51,383 bases of DNA, taken from assembly GCA_027923505.1 (NCBI GenBank), contig BROI01000016.1:682001-733383 (forward strand). The letters run 5' to 3'. A model generated the notes under the pieces. That model was not told where the DNA came from. It ran no database searches and saw nothing but the letters and a program-made list of their open reading frames with translations. Made by a program: the position numbers and the translations under genes. Source of the stretch: Mayamaea pseudoterrestris. Lineage: Eukaryota. Within the stretch, counting starts at the first letter, position 1, and every line of letters starts with the position of its first letter. Below, in pieces: positions 35,543 to 46,572 of this stretch.

Positions 35543-35633
35543 GGTAACTCGAGTGTGATTAAAGCTTTGGCTTCTGTCTTAGTTGCTTGCTTGGGCGTGC
35601 ACTCCCTTGGCAAGACGACGACTGCAGAAGAAC

Positions 35634-35649
35634 CGTGGGGCTCGTAACC
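35634..35649 (-). promoter_or_regulatory. Primer-binding site of internal (half) initiator tRNA-Met type
   Basis: Minus strand reads GGTTACGAGCCCC 2 nt after the LTR end. Resembles the GGTTATG(G/A)GCCC site of half-tRNA-primed copia elements. Confidence 0.72.
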
Positions 35650-35651
35650 AG

Positions 35652-35947
35652 TGAAGATTTCCAGCGACAGCAATGGCTGCACTAGCAAATGCTTCTCACT
35701 CAATAGGATTGAATGGAGACTGTTATTAAGAGCAACAACAAGAGCAAAGGACTCGAGTAATTGCAACTGCTACAACAACGAAGGCGTTGGTGATTAACTG
35801 AGAGGATTTAATTAACTGCTATTGATTTACCTCGCTCGCCCATCGTGGGCATCACGATTGCTCGTCCACGATGCCGTTGGGGCGTCAACTTACACATATA
35901 GTAAGAGAGGTGCTTGCACCTCGGTAGGAAGGTAGGATACACCTTCA
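35652..35947 (-). repeat. 5' LTR of family B (outer end tentative)
   Basis: TGAAG...CTTCA inverted ends, adjacent to the PBS and similar to 27988 onward. No TSD found. Confidence 0.6.
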
Positions 35948-36386
35948 ACTTCGACTCGGATCGAGCAAGTTGTAAAACCGCTAAGACATGTCGCGTTGTC
36001 GGGTGGTTAACATTGATACTATAATGGTATTAACCATCTACTACTATCATCATAAGCTAGTTCTACAGCTCTCAAGCATCAGTTGCTGCTGTAGAGCTTT
36101 CGAAGGATGACTCTGTCCTTCTGAGGATTGGATTTGAACAAATAGCTAGCTTTCACTCCCAATCGGACCGTTGACGAGAAAACCATAAACCATAAGTTTC
36201 AAGTGATATCTTTTGGATTGCGCGTGACGCGCTCATCGCTTCATCGCTCCGCTCGGCCATGCCCATAACAGCAGCGACGGCGGAAGAGAAACGAGCAAGC
36301 GGGGAATTAATAAACAAACTTTGCGTCTTTGATCAAATACTAGCGGATCGAAATCGTTCATCTACTTATTCTAGGCGCGTCACAAA

Positions 36387-37042
36387 ATGCCGACAGCTCA
36401 ACAATCAAAGCGCGAGAAAGCGCGCCTCAAAGAACAGCGTAATTGTGAACACTTGCGACTCATGAGCCGAGGATACGTAAAGTCATGGCCAAGCTTTTAC
36501 AAAAGACTCAAAGCCTACAAGGGAAAATATGGAATTATGGCCGTCCCGTCATCATCTCGGACGGATTCAAGTCTTTACCAATTTGTCATGAGTCAGCGGA
36601 ACGCTTTCGTCCACGGCACCCTATTGCCAAGTCGACTAATCAAGCTGGAACGGCATGGTTTTATCTGGAACATTCGAAAGGCAGAAGAAGCCTGGCAGAA
36701 GAAGGCAAAGGAGCTCTCAGATTACAAGGACAAGGTTGGAAATTGCAATGTTCCGCTTGGCGAAAGTCACGACCATGCGGCTTTGGCACTATGGGTTTTC
36801 TTGATGCGGTACAAGTACAAGAACAAGACTCTCGAGGAGAATCGAATCCACCAGCTCAACAAGATTGGAATTGACTGGGACTGGATGCCAAAGTTGGCGA
36901 GCGGCGACGCTCACTGCATGGAAGGTACTGAATCGCAAAGTTCAAGTGACGAGTCGGATGACGATGAATGTGCGAGTTACACGGAGAGTGGTACCGACGA
37001 CGATAGCGAGTCGAGTGGTTCAAAATATGCCTTTGATGCCAG

Positions 37043-37075
<33 letters not shown>

Positions 37076-40000
37076 AAGTCGTGGCGATGTGGAGATTTTA
37101 GCAGGGGAGGATGTCACCGGAGGAGCAACGAGAGGCGCCATGACGGGCTCTGACGATGGCGACTTGAAACAATCTAGCAAGCGTCATCGCTCTGACAGCT
37201 CGAGCTCCAATCCAGAAAAAGTCAAGGCGAAGTCACCCTACGAGGCGCCGAACCTTGACGCTAGCGATGAACCTCGGCGCATGAAGAAGGTGCGCCATGA
37301 GCATGCTGCTGGAATAGCCAATGACGAGGTGAAGGAGCAGGAAGAGGAGGCGTTGGCCGATCCAGTTTATTCTAATCCAGAGCTGAATCTTACTCGCTGG
37401 TTCGAAGATGCCGTCGAAGTTCCAATCTTACGAACAGCTAACGGCGGTCATGCTATCACCGGATCGCCGTCGACAGAGTCATGTGCCTTTTCGCAACGTC
37501 TATGGTTCGAAAATTTTGACCGTCTCGCGGCCCACATAGAGGAGCAGGGGCACATGCATGACCTTTCCACACCGCTTCGACGTTGGTCTAAACGCCAGCG
37601 TCTTTATTTACGAAATGGCTGCTTAATGACACAACAAGTTCTTGCTTTGGAAGAGCTTGGATTCATTTGGTTTCTGGACTTGGAGAAGGAAGAGCATTAT
37701 TGGCAGCATAATTATCAGATCCTGCTTACCTGCCGAAAACAATGGGAACAGTGCTTGCGCCAACACGTAATGGAGGACTTTCTTACTCTGGAGTTCCGAC
37801 TTTGGGCCGTTTTGCAGAAAGCTCAGTACAAGACAAGAACTCTTAGTAGCACGCGGACGGATCAGTTGAATGCCATAGGATTTTTGTGGAATTTCAGCGA
37901 CGCGTGTGATAAACCCTGGGAAAACGAAAAACTAGAGGAAGAAGAACAGCCCGAATATGGCAACATGGATTCAGTGCGTCAGGATGTAGCGATGCCGCTT
38001 GCAACTACGTCTGCTGCAGCCGACGAGCGATTCGTCCGAGACGCAAGCAGTGGTGACGGTCACTGTCGTTGTTACAAATGCATGAATGCGCAAGTAGCAC
38101 TGCGTGATGACATGTGCACCGATTGGAAAGTCGCACATAATAAACTGAAAAGGAAGAATACAAAGCTGCAGGCCGAGATTTTGGAGCTCAAGAAGCAGCA
38201 AAGACCGGTCGTCGCAGCAACAGCCGAACAGCGTGCTTCACAGCAATCGTCTTCGGACGAAAAAGCAGCACTCAAGGTTGAGATACGACTGCTCCAAGCC
38301 GACAAAGCAGCCTTGCAGGATAAGATTACTGATTTGGAAGAAGCAGAGAACACGTCAGTCCAATCGGTAAGCGCCATGCGAGCAAAGATTCGAGATATGA
38401 GATTTAAGATTTATGATTTGGAAAAGCAAGTAAGTGCTCAAGCGAAATGGCCTACCACCGACGACGTTAACATTGACGATGACGTATTTTACGTCCCTTG
38501 GGATGGAGTATCCTTGACCCGCGGAAATGCAACTCTACAGATTTCATCGCCAGCCGCTCATCCAAGAGTCGATACGAATCTAAGCCCATTGAAAGCGGTG
38601 GTTCTTCATTACATTCAAGCTTACTTGAATGTTAAAAACAGTCGTGTTGGTCGGCTAGAGCTGGCGCGAATTCAACCGATGACTCACGAGAACCTCCGTC
38701 GATTTGGGGTGGAATATGTCAAAGCGTCACCGACATTCAACGTACCAAAAGCTTGCACAGCGCAGCGGGTGATTCATTACCTGACTAGCCAACTGGCCAA
38801 CGCTATACGCAAAAGCGGGCTGCCGGTCCAGCCTGCAATAAAAGGGAGCAGAATGTTGGATGCTTGGACGTTCTTTGCAGAGGATAAAGTACACGACTTT
38901 CTCAAAGTCATGCATGCGTCATCAGAAGGTGCGGGTAGACCTTGGCGGCTAGCGTTGGAAGATGAACATGAAGAGGCATCAGATGAGGCGTGGGGCAAGT
39001 ACGTCGCTCGACTTTTCCTTTGCTGCTCGCTTTGCGAGATGTGCCAAAATCAGTCTTATGAAAGAATCTCGATCTGTCATGCGTGCGCAGCTGAACGGCG
39101 GAAGATAGCCAGTCAGGAGGTGAGTCGTTTTGTTACAGAAGTCCGATCAATCTTTAAAAACAAGTTTTTTAGAACCAAAGAGGATACAGTTTTCCGAACC
39201 ATGCTTGACGATATCATCCCTGGATCGGACGAGGATCTAGTATTCAATGCTGTCGTTGCGTTGATGGCTGCGATTCAGCTGACAAATCTAAAGCGTATTT
39301 CCGCTGCGACGAAGGGATTTGCGCCAGATGATCCACCAAAAAAACACATGGACAAAGTATTGGCATCTGCAGGCGAAAAAATGTTGAAGAATCGTTTGTT
39401 AGAGGTGCGGGGTGCACGTGCGAAGGTCAATGAGCCGACCATCGAAACCGACCAGACACTTTTCGCATTATACAAGGAAGCCACAAGTGGCGAGAGGCTT
39501 GGATGGAATAATAAATCGGTCTTTCGCATTTTCGACGGAGACGACTCGTGCGTCGTGGCAATTTTGTAAGTATGGTAGCGAGTGTTTTACATTTGTCTTC
39601 GTTGGCTCGCTAATCGAGCTCAATCGATTCGAATTTCGCAGCAAGAAACCGCTTTAATTCCTTTCAACGATGATTGGGTCGAAAAGGCGGAAACGGAAGT
39701 GCGCCTTGCTGTACGGGCGAGCGATGCTCTTGAGGACGCTGGCCATGTAAATGCATGCCTTGACAAGCTGGGATCTTGTGGCGCCAAGGTGACCAGATAT
39801 GGCCGTTGTACCGATGAAACGTAAGTTTGGAATGCTTTTATGCAGCTTTAACTATATCAACTGATGACTTCTCTATTTTGCAGGACTGGCGAGGAAATGG
39901 TCATTATGGCAATGGAAGCTGGGCATCCATTGGACGATTGGTGTGACATGGTTTTGCGAAAATTAACTGGCGGCAAAGCGAAATTGGCTGTTTACGATCT

Positions 40001-40799
40001 TTTCACGGGGCTATGCTCGGTGGCTTTTTTCTTAGAAACTGTCATCGGTGAGATCCATAATGACCTCAAACCTGCGAACATTATTATGACGGATGTCAAG
40101 GGCACTGAGCTTTGGTTGACCAATAAGGGGACGCTGGATAATATTCCAGTCGGAGCTGCGAAGCAGCCCAAAATTATTGACTTTGGTTCATCCGTTCCAG
40201 ACGGTATTTACACGGGTCTGCCGCTGAGTTCACCTGAATTCGACGGTATCGAGAAGCTACTTGGCATGTCTCACGTGTGGGCGACTGCGTATGATAGATT
40301 CGCTCTGGGTCGCATTCTTGTAATTGTTGCCAACCAAGGAACGGACCCGTGGAAAATGCCAGTTGGAGACACCGTGCGCTGCCCGCCAGAACTGCGAGAG
40401 TTTTTTTACAAAGCAATTGACTTTGATCGCATTGGCGGAAAGGAAGTGGAGGTGTTAGTCATCAACCTCGTTTACCGTTACCTTGTTTTCATGGACACTG
40501 ATGATCGTTGGGTTGCAAAGCAGTTGATCAAGGACTCTCCGAATCTCTCTGGTGTGGACAAGGAACTAGCGACGAACGAGACTTTTAAAACGCATGTCGA
40601 CCTCATATCGCTGACAAAGGGCAGCTCCATGAAGGGCGTCCGCTCCAGCCCAATTTTCAAATGCAAGGAGGCTGCTATCATGGCATTCTTTGGCCTCATG
40701 GATCCGTCGCCATCGAATCGTTTACCACCGGAAGTAGTCATGACGTTTTTGAAAGATCGTCGGTGCATGGTCAATAACGATGATAGTACTTGTTACTAA
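36387..40799 (+). CDS. Host-like gene: helicase-associated (HA) repeats, coiled coil and C-terminal Ser/Thr protein kinase; introns 39566-39641 and 39821-39883
   Basis: Four HA-like repeats (W...L..YK...G..VP.....L..W...QR.....L...R...L...GF.W). Kinase motifs IHNDLKPANI, IIDFG, SPE and DRFALG. Both introns are GTAAGT...CAG, and intron 2 splices in frame. Exon 2 needs one extra base near 39652-39655. Confidence 0.75.
37044..37073 (+). repeat. (GCT)10 microsatellite encoding poly-Ala
   Basis: Read directly from the sequence. Confidence 0.95.
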
Positions 40800-41244
40800 A
40801 GGAACATCAGTACGCGTCAAGGAGCGACGATGCCAGTAAGGGTTGACGCTATCGTATACTTTCAAATAATAACGTTTATATGTGCATGATGTGAGTGAAT
40901 CTGTAGGTAGACCTCACCTCATTAGGCGAGTGATCTGGGCGACGAGCAGTCACCTACTACTTAGCACCAGCCTACCTGTACCAGTGGTCTTGACCCGGCT
41001 TCTCGAAATGCATTTTTATTCTTAAGCTCAGACAAATACATTGATACGTTTACAAGCAACGACTTTATGTTAGTCGCTACAAGACACTGGAGAGCATTTA
41101 CGGTCTCTCAATTTTTGCCACCGACTTGCTTGGCGAAACTCATTGCAATGGAATATTCGCAAATACAAGCATTCGTTGAAGCACAATCTGTGATGCGTTC
41201 TGGTTCGTTTGAGTCCGTCGTTTACATGGCCCAAGCACACTTAG

Positions 41245-41560
41245 CTAGCATGGGCGTCGGATCATCTTGATCGAAACAACAACATTAGGGCTCAAATCAA
41301 TTGATCGGAGGCGCAGGAACGCAACAATCCGCAGCAGCGACGCAACAGCAACAATAACAACACCAACCAGCGCAATAGAAACAACACGCGACCAATCAAG
41401 CATTGCGACGTACATGGTGATTGCGCGCATGATACCGTCATTAACTGTAAGTGTCGTCGCGAGGATCAGCAGCGCGGCGGCCACGGCAACCATCGTGACA
41501 ATTTTGATGGCGACAGACGCGAGCAGCCAAGGCGCGAGATCAACGTGCAATCGACAGGCA
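41245..41560 (-). CDS. Possible small membrane-protein exon or fragment
   Basis: Two hydrophobic stretches (IVTMVAVAAALLILATTLTV and VVSIALVGVVIVAVASLL). No recognisable family and no clear start. Confidence 0.2.
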
Positions 41561-42981
41561 GAGAAGCTACGATAGTGACAGCGAAATGCTTGTCGAGCGC
41601 CTCGAGGAAGAAACGATGGACGAGGTGAGTGCAGCAGATCAATATATGATGCATACCTCAACCATTCCACGCCCAACGTCACTCACCGATTCACCATTCA
41701 CTTCTCGATTGACGCCGCGTCGTTGGATTGATGTTCAAATGATCGGTAATTCAGCAAGCCAATTGACGTGCATGGCGACTAAAGTGACCATCCTATACTT
41801 GATTTGCCATCGTCATCGCGTTAAGCGTGTATTCTTTTGCTCGTTGCAATTTGTGACGGTGAAAGGACCGTAGCGGTCGACACACACGGTGTGCCGTACG
41901 TTGGGATTTGCAACATCCCAATTGCGGCACTTTTAGTCCCGAATCAGTACAACGGCCAGAAAATGCTTTGTGTACATGCAGCATCGGCCTGCGCCGCGAT
42001 ACAACAATAGAACGTGATTTGTAAAGTCCATCAAAGAATCAGCGGCAGCTGCAGGAAGAAGCGACTTGTGAAGCACAGAGCGACGATGATGCGCTGGAGT
42101 ATGATCGATACCTCCAACCAACAGCTACAGGAGCTGCATGCATGCAGCTGCCGTCCCCAGCGGTTGACATTCATTTTGCGCCGATACGGTGCAGAGGCTT
42201 TACCATGTGCACGCGCTTGATATGAGAGAACGACCCGATCCGAGACATGTCGCTCGAGACGCCATTGCTGCGTCTTGGATGTTTGATGGCGCCAGTTGAC
42301 GCAAATGTCTTGCTGCCCAACGCCAAAGCAAAGAGAGACATGGCAAAAGACGTGTGTGGAGTGTAGTAGATTCCGATGATTCGTGCATGTATCCTCCTCA
42401 TGAGTGATAGCAATTTAGGAACCTGAATGCTTTCGGTCGTCCAATCTTCATCTGATTCAAGGTTTCACAAGCAGGTAATTACACGAAACACAGAGAGTCC
42501 AATCATTGCAAAAGTACGTGTAAATTCCGACGAATGTAGCATGCCCTTCCATCCTCGTCCCTCGTCACCCATTGCCAGTCGCTCAGAGGCTAGTGTACCT
42601 GTACATCTTGCCAACACTTTTTTCGAAAAAATAAAGCCTTAATTCTGTTGAAACGCTTTGCTCAGTAGTCAATATATGCACTTATGGAGAATCACTGGAA
42701 CTTGGACAACGTAGATGAAAGTGGCTGACGAAGGATGCTGCTCGCCCGATCGTGCGCGTTGCGTCGAAACAAACCACCTGGCGCCATGGACCAGCTTCCG
42801 TCTTGCTGCTATAGACAGAGAGTACATAACTTTGGAATCTCCCAGCCAATATAACGAGATGGCGAGTTCATGGTTAGTCTCGAGACATACGGTATGAAAG
42901 GTCGAAAGGACGAAAGGACGAAAGATGATGGTGAGTGCTCGCCATCATATTGGTACACTTTTCATCTATAGTAGTTTGATT

Positions 42982-43326
42982 GAAGCGAGTGCCAGTGAAA
43001 ACTGCGTCATGAGGCAATAGTATGAAACGGGTGCCAGTGTCATTTACGTCATAAGGGTATAGTATGAAACGAGTGCCAGTGTCAATAACGTCAACAGGCA
43101 ATAGTGTGAAACGAGTACCAGTGAAAACTGCGTCATCTTGAGGTTGAAAACTGTGTCATACCTCGATAGTGAGAAACAAGTGCCAGTGAAAACTGCGTCA
43201 CTAGGCATATACGCGAAACGAGTGCCAGTGAAAACTGCGTCACAAGGTTTTATTACGAAACGGGTGCCAGTGAAAACTGCGTCATGCGGCTATAGTACGA
43301 AACGAGTGCCAGTGAAAACTACGTCA
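42982..43326. repeat. 42-bp minisatellite (28-bp conserved core plus 14-bp variable part), 8 cores and one partial
   Basis: GAAACGAGTGCCAGTGAAAACTGCGTCA-like cores at 42982, 43024, 43066, 43108, 43173, 43215, 43257 and 43299. Confidence 0.92.
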
Positions 43327-43357
43327 CCGGGCTCAACATCGGTACATTCCTCCATTG

Positions 43358-43565
43358 CAATTTGGGTGCGCCATAGTCGACCAAAATATCGTGTAAGACT
43401 CAGATTGGAATATCGAGTCTGGTACACGAAGAGTCTTGCGAGCGGCAGGCTCGGATGTCGAGTAGTGTAATAGTCTCACAATTTGGCTCGGATCTCTACG
43501 AGATCGAGTGTTGTCACACAATACAAATATACCGTATTCTCGTACACTACGACGTATATTTATTG
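43358..43565 (+). repeat. 5' LTR of family C
   Basis: CAATTTGGG...TTTATTG, matching 51078-51285. Confidence 0.9.
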
Positions 43566-43768
43566 GTTTATCAGCTACCCATAGAACACTACACTTGTGT
43601 ATGTTACATAGTTGGGCTTTACCATTGTCGGTACGCGCCAGGGATGGCAGGTAGAAAGAATATCCGATGCAATCAGATGGACTTGATAGTAGCATCGCTC
43701 ACACTGGAGGATCCATGGACGTGATCGCACGGTTCGTTCCCTTCATTAATGTCAGCTCATCCGGCTGA

Positions 43769-43978
43769 GTGATACCGCACGAGGTATTAATGGCAGAGCA
43801 AATATTGCGCGCGATGGACAGCGCAGCAGATCCTTTGGCCGTGCGCAAGGAAATCCATGTTGTTGCGCTTGAGACAGCGAACTCTCACTTGAACAATGAG
43901 TATCGGAGACATGGTGGCCAGGGCCTGACCCCGATGACGGCAATGCTGGTCGGCGGACGTTCGCGTCGCCAATAAATG
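43769..43978 (+). CDS. Possible small ORF in the family C leader
   Basis: About 68 aa with helical, protein-like composition. No recognised homology. Confidence 0.2.
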
Positions 43979-44133
43979 ACTGAGATAAGTACAGAGATCG
44001 CACTCGTCGTACTAGTCAATCCGAGCGAATCACGACAATGATGAGCGGCGTGCAAGTGCGCGTGCGCGACATGCATGACTACGGACGAGAGTCAGTGCGT
44101 GAAAAGTCTGTGAATGAAAATGTGTCGCTAACA

Positions 44134-44667
44134 TTAGATTGCTCTATTGTAAGCGTTCATTGCAGCAATGTATCCTCTGGAATAATCCTTTTTGCCAGGA
44201 GGAATGACATAATGCAAGCCTCGGTACCCAGAGTCCAGGCTGTCCTGACTCTCTGACATCATCACAGAGTAGGGCGCGGAAGTGTCGTCGGAGTCGCTCG
44301 AACACGACAACACTGCAGGATAAACATGAAGTTGATGGAACTGGCGCAAGCAATAGTCTCGGCACGTGAACTCGATGTTCCACGCAGCAAAGAAATAGTA
44401 CTTGTTCGGACCTTGTCCGTAAGGAAAGATTGCGCTGACGAGAACATTGTCGAATTTCTCCACGCCAGGGCGATGACAGCTTGGTTCCAGAATCAACGAA
44501 CGCGGAGGCGTCTTGTTCGCTTCGGCGACATCGAACATGAGTTCTTGGCAGTTGCGTCGCATGATCAGAATAGCGCCGTCCAACATTCCGAGTTCCTTGA
44601 GTGCAGCCTCAAGGGCGTCTTGGCTTTCGAATGGTTCGAAGGGGACGCGGCCCGTCTTGCTTGCCAT
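44134..44667 (-). CDS. Antisense ORF of unknown function inside the family C leader
   Basis: Open 44134-44733 with a plausible ATG at 44667 (MASKTG). Globular-looking composition with aromatic and Cys residues. Confidence 0.45.
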   Translation of the reverse strand: MASKTGRVPFEPFESQDALEAALKELGMLDGAILIMRRNCQELMFDVAEANKTPPRSLILEPSCHRPGVEKFDNVLVSAIFPYGQGPNKYYFFAAWNIEFTCRDYCLRQFHQLHVYPAVLSCSSDSDDTSAPYSVMMSESQDSLDSGYRGLHYVIPPGKKDYSRGYIAAMNAYNRAI

Positions 44668-45110
44668 GATGGCACGGGTGGACCTGTTGTGAAGTATCGA
44701 ATTAACGCACGACATTCTTTCGCTGGCTCTCATTTAATGAGAAAGAATTGTGTGGCGAATTCTCGGGCACGAAAACTTCAACGGTCGAAACGGTGTCGTT
44801 GGAATGACGTCGCCTGGCGTTGAACGCGAGGTGACCGCAGTGCACGCACCGCGCACCGTCGCGAGTGTGTCGCGCACCGAATAATTTCAAAACGCACGCG
44901 CGACAAGACTTAAGCTAAGTACACTCGTGGCGAATAAATGACTCAACTGCTACCGTTGAATCATGCCAAACTGCGCGTTGACACATGTGCACATTCGTTA
45001 CACTCACAAATTTGCTGATCGTCTCGACAGATCGATCGTGTCAACGAAGCCACACGCGCCACACCAAGAAATTACCCTATACTACCATATAAGCCCAAGA
45101 CACTTCCAAA

Positions 45111-46572
45111 ATGGCCCAAGTCATGAACAACGAACTTGTTAACTACTTGTTACCGTTAGGCTTTACTGTGGACCAGATGTTTGCGATTGGTCGTCAAGGA
45201 GTTCTCTCGTTCGAGGGACTCAAGATCTTCGATGACAAGGCTATCGATTCGGTTGCAGCTGGATGCAAGAACCCTGGAGGAACTTCTGTGAATGCCGCTG
45301 GGGCCACGATACGTGATCCTGGAGTGTTGCTTCCGGTTCCATTTATCCTGACGCTGAAGGCGCTCGCATATGGCTTACGTCATTGCGACAAGACACAAGT
45401 CGTCTTCAATCCGATCATTCACGGGGCGGCATGGCTTAACTCGCTCATGCACTTTAGAACGTTTATCATCAAGGCCTACACGGCTCCAACGGACAAGCCG
45501 GCGAAGATGACGAAGGTGACGCTTATCCGCGATTCATTTGACGCGATCATCTTGTACTTGTCAACTTTGCGCGGCGTTGGCGAAACGTTTCTTGCATACG
45601 TCGTTCGCGACGAGTATGACCCTGAACCGGAACCAATCGGAGGTTGGTTGTCGTTGGACAAGGAGATGATTGCTAGAGCACCACTGCAAGGACCATTGTA
45701 TGAGGCCGACAATCAATCTGTCTATCTGATCTTGAAGAGTGTGTTTGGTGGAACCGACGCTTACTCTTGGATGATGGCTCATGAACGGGCTGGCGACGGT
45801 CGCGGAGCTTATCGCAGCGTCTACGATCATTACATGTCGATATCCAGTCGTTCGGCCACAAGACAGAAAGCGGAAGCGACGATTCGTTCGCTTGTCTGCA
45901 ATGAAAACAAAATGACGTTTGAGCAGTACGTGTCGAAACTCCAGCTTGCGCATACTGACCTTGAAAGAGAGGGACATCCGATGAGTGATGACGACAGAGT
46001 CTTACATCTCAACACTGGGATTTTGAGCGACGTGTTGTCGGCGGCGAAGCACAGCCACACTTTGGATGAAGCAAGAGAGCCGGATGACCGTACTTTGGAC
46101 ACTTTTGATAAAGTTGTCAGCTTTTACCAGTCCATTATCTCCAAGCACCTGGCGAGTTCTGCACCGGCAGCGCGTCGCACGTTCGTGGGCAGGAACTACG
46201 CATGAAGGCGGAGGCCGCGGAGGCGGTGGGCGCGGCGGACGTGGAGGCCGAGGCGGACGTGGCGGAAGAGGCCGCGGCGCCGGCAGAAACGTGCCAGCAG
46301 CCGAATGGAATAAGCTCAGCCATGAGCAGAAGGCCAAGGTCATTAGTGATCGCAAGAAGAAGCAGAAGACTGGCAATGGTGGTGGTGGTGGCGGTGCTGG
46401 TGGAACTCCAGGAGCAGGCAGCTACAATTCCCAAATTGCTGCTCTCAACTCCTCGATGCTCCAAGTCCAGCAGCAGCTTGCGGAGCGTGCTGAAGGGACG
46501 GATGAAGCGCCTCCTGCGGGAAGTGGCGGCAGTGGTACGCAGCTTGGCGCAGCCATGGGCGGACGCCGTTGA
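45111..46572 (+). CDS. Gag of family C (one frameshift near 46190)
   Basis: LAYVVRD, DNQSVYLIL and DGRGAY capsid-like motifs, followed by an RGG-rich tail ending in TGA at 46570-46572. Confidence 0.85.

Larger units (their letters stand above)
27988..35947 (-). mobile_element. Ty1/copia LTR retrotransposon, family B; 3' part heavily deleted
   Basis: gag, CCHC knuckle, DSGAS protease, GAG-pre-integrase HHCC, DDE integrase and RT/RH remnants. TGAAGATTTCCAGCGAC occurs at both 27988 and 35652. The right boundary is uncertain. Confidence 0.88.

Noticed and set aside
36004..36100. Two short hairpins (TGGTTAA..TTAACCA and CTACAGC..GCTGTAG)
   Set aside because: Seven-bp arms with long loops can arise by chance, and there is no supporting context.
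41586..42900. Several 60-95 aa ORFs
   Set aside because: No motifs or consistent strand, so a gene cannot be supported without transcript data.
42982..43326. CRISPR array
   Set aside because: The variable parts are only 14 bp and related to one another (GG..ATAG), there are no cas genes, and the context is eukaryotic.
46170..46210. Programmed frameshift in family C gag
   Set aside because: No slippery motif, and the window has many similar single-base indels.
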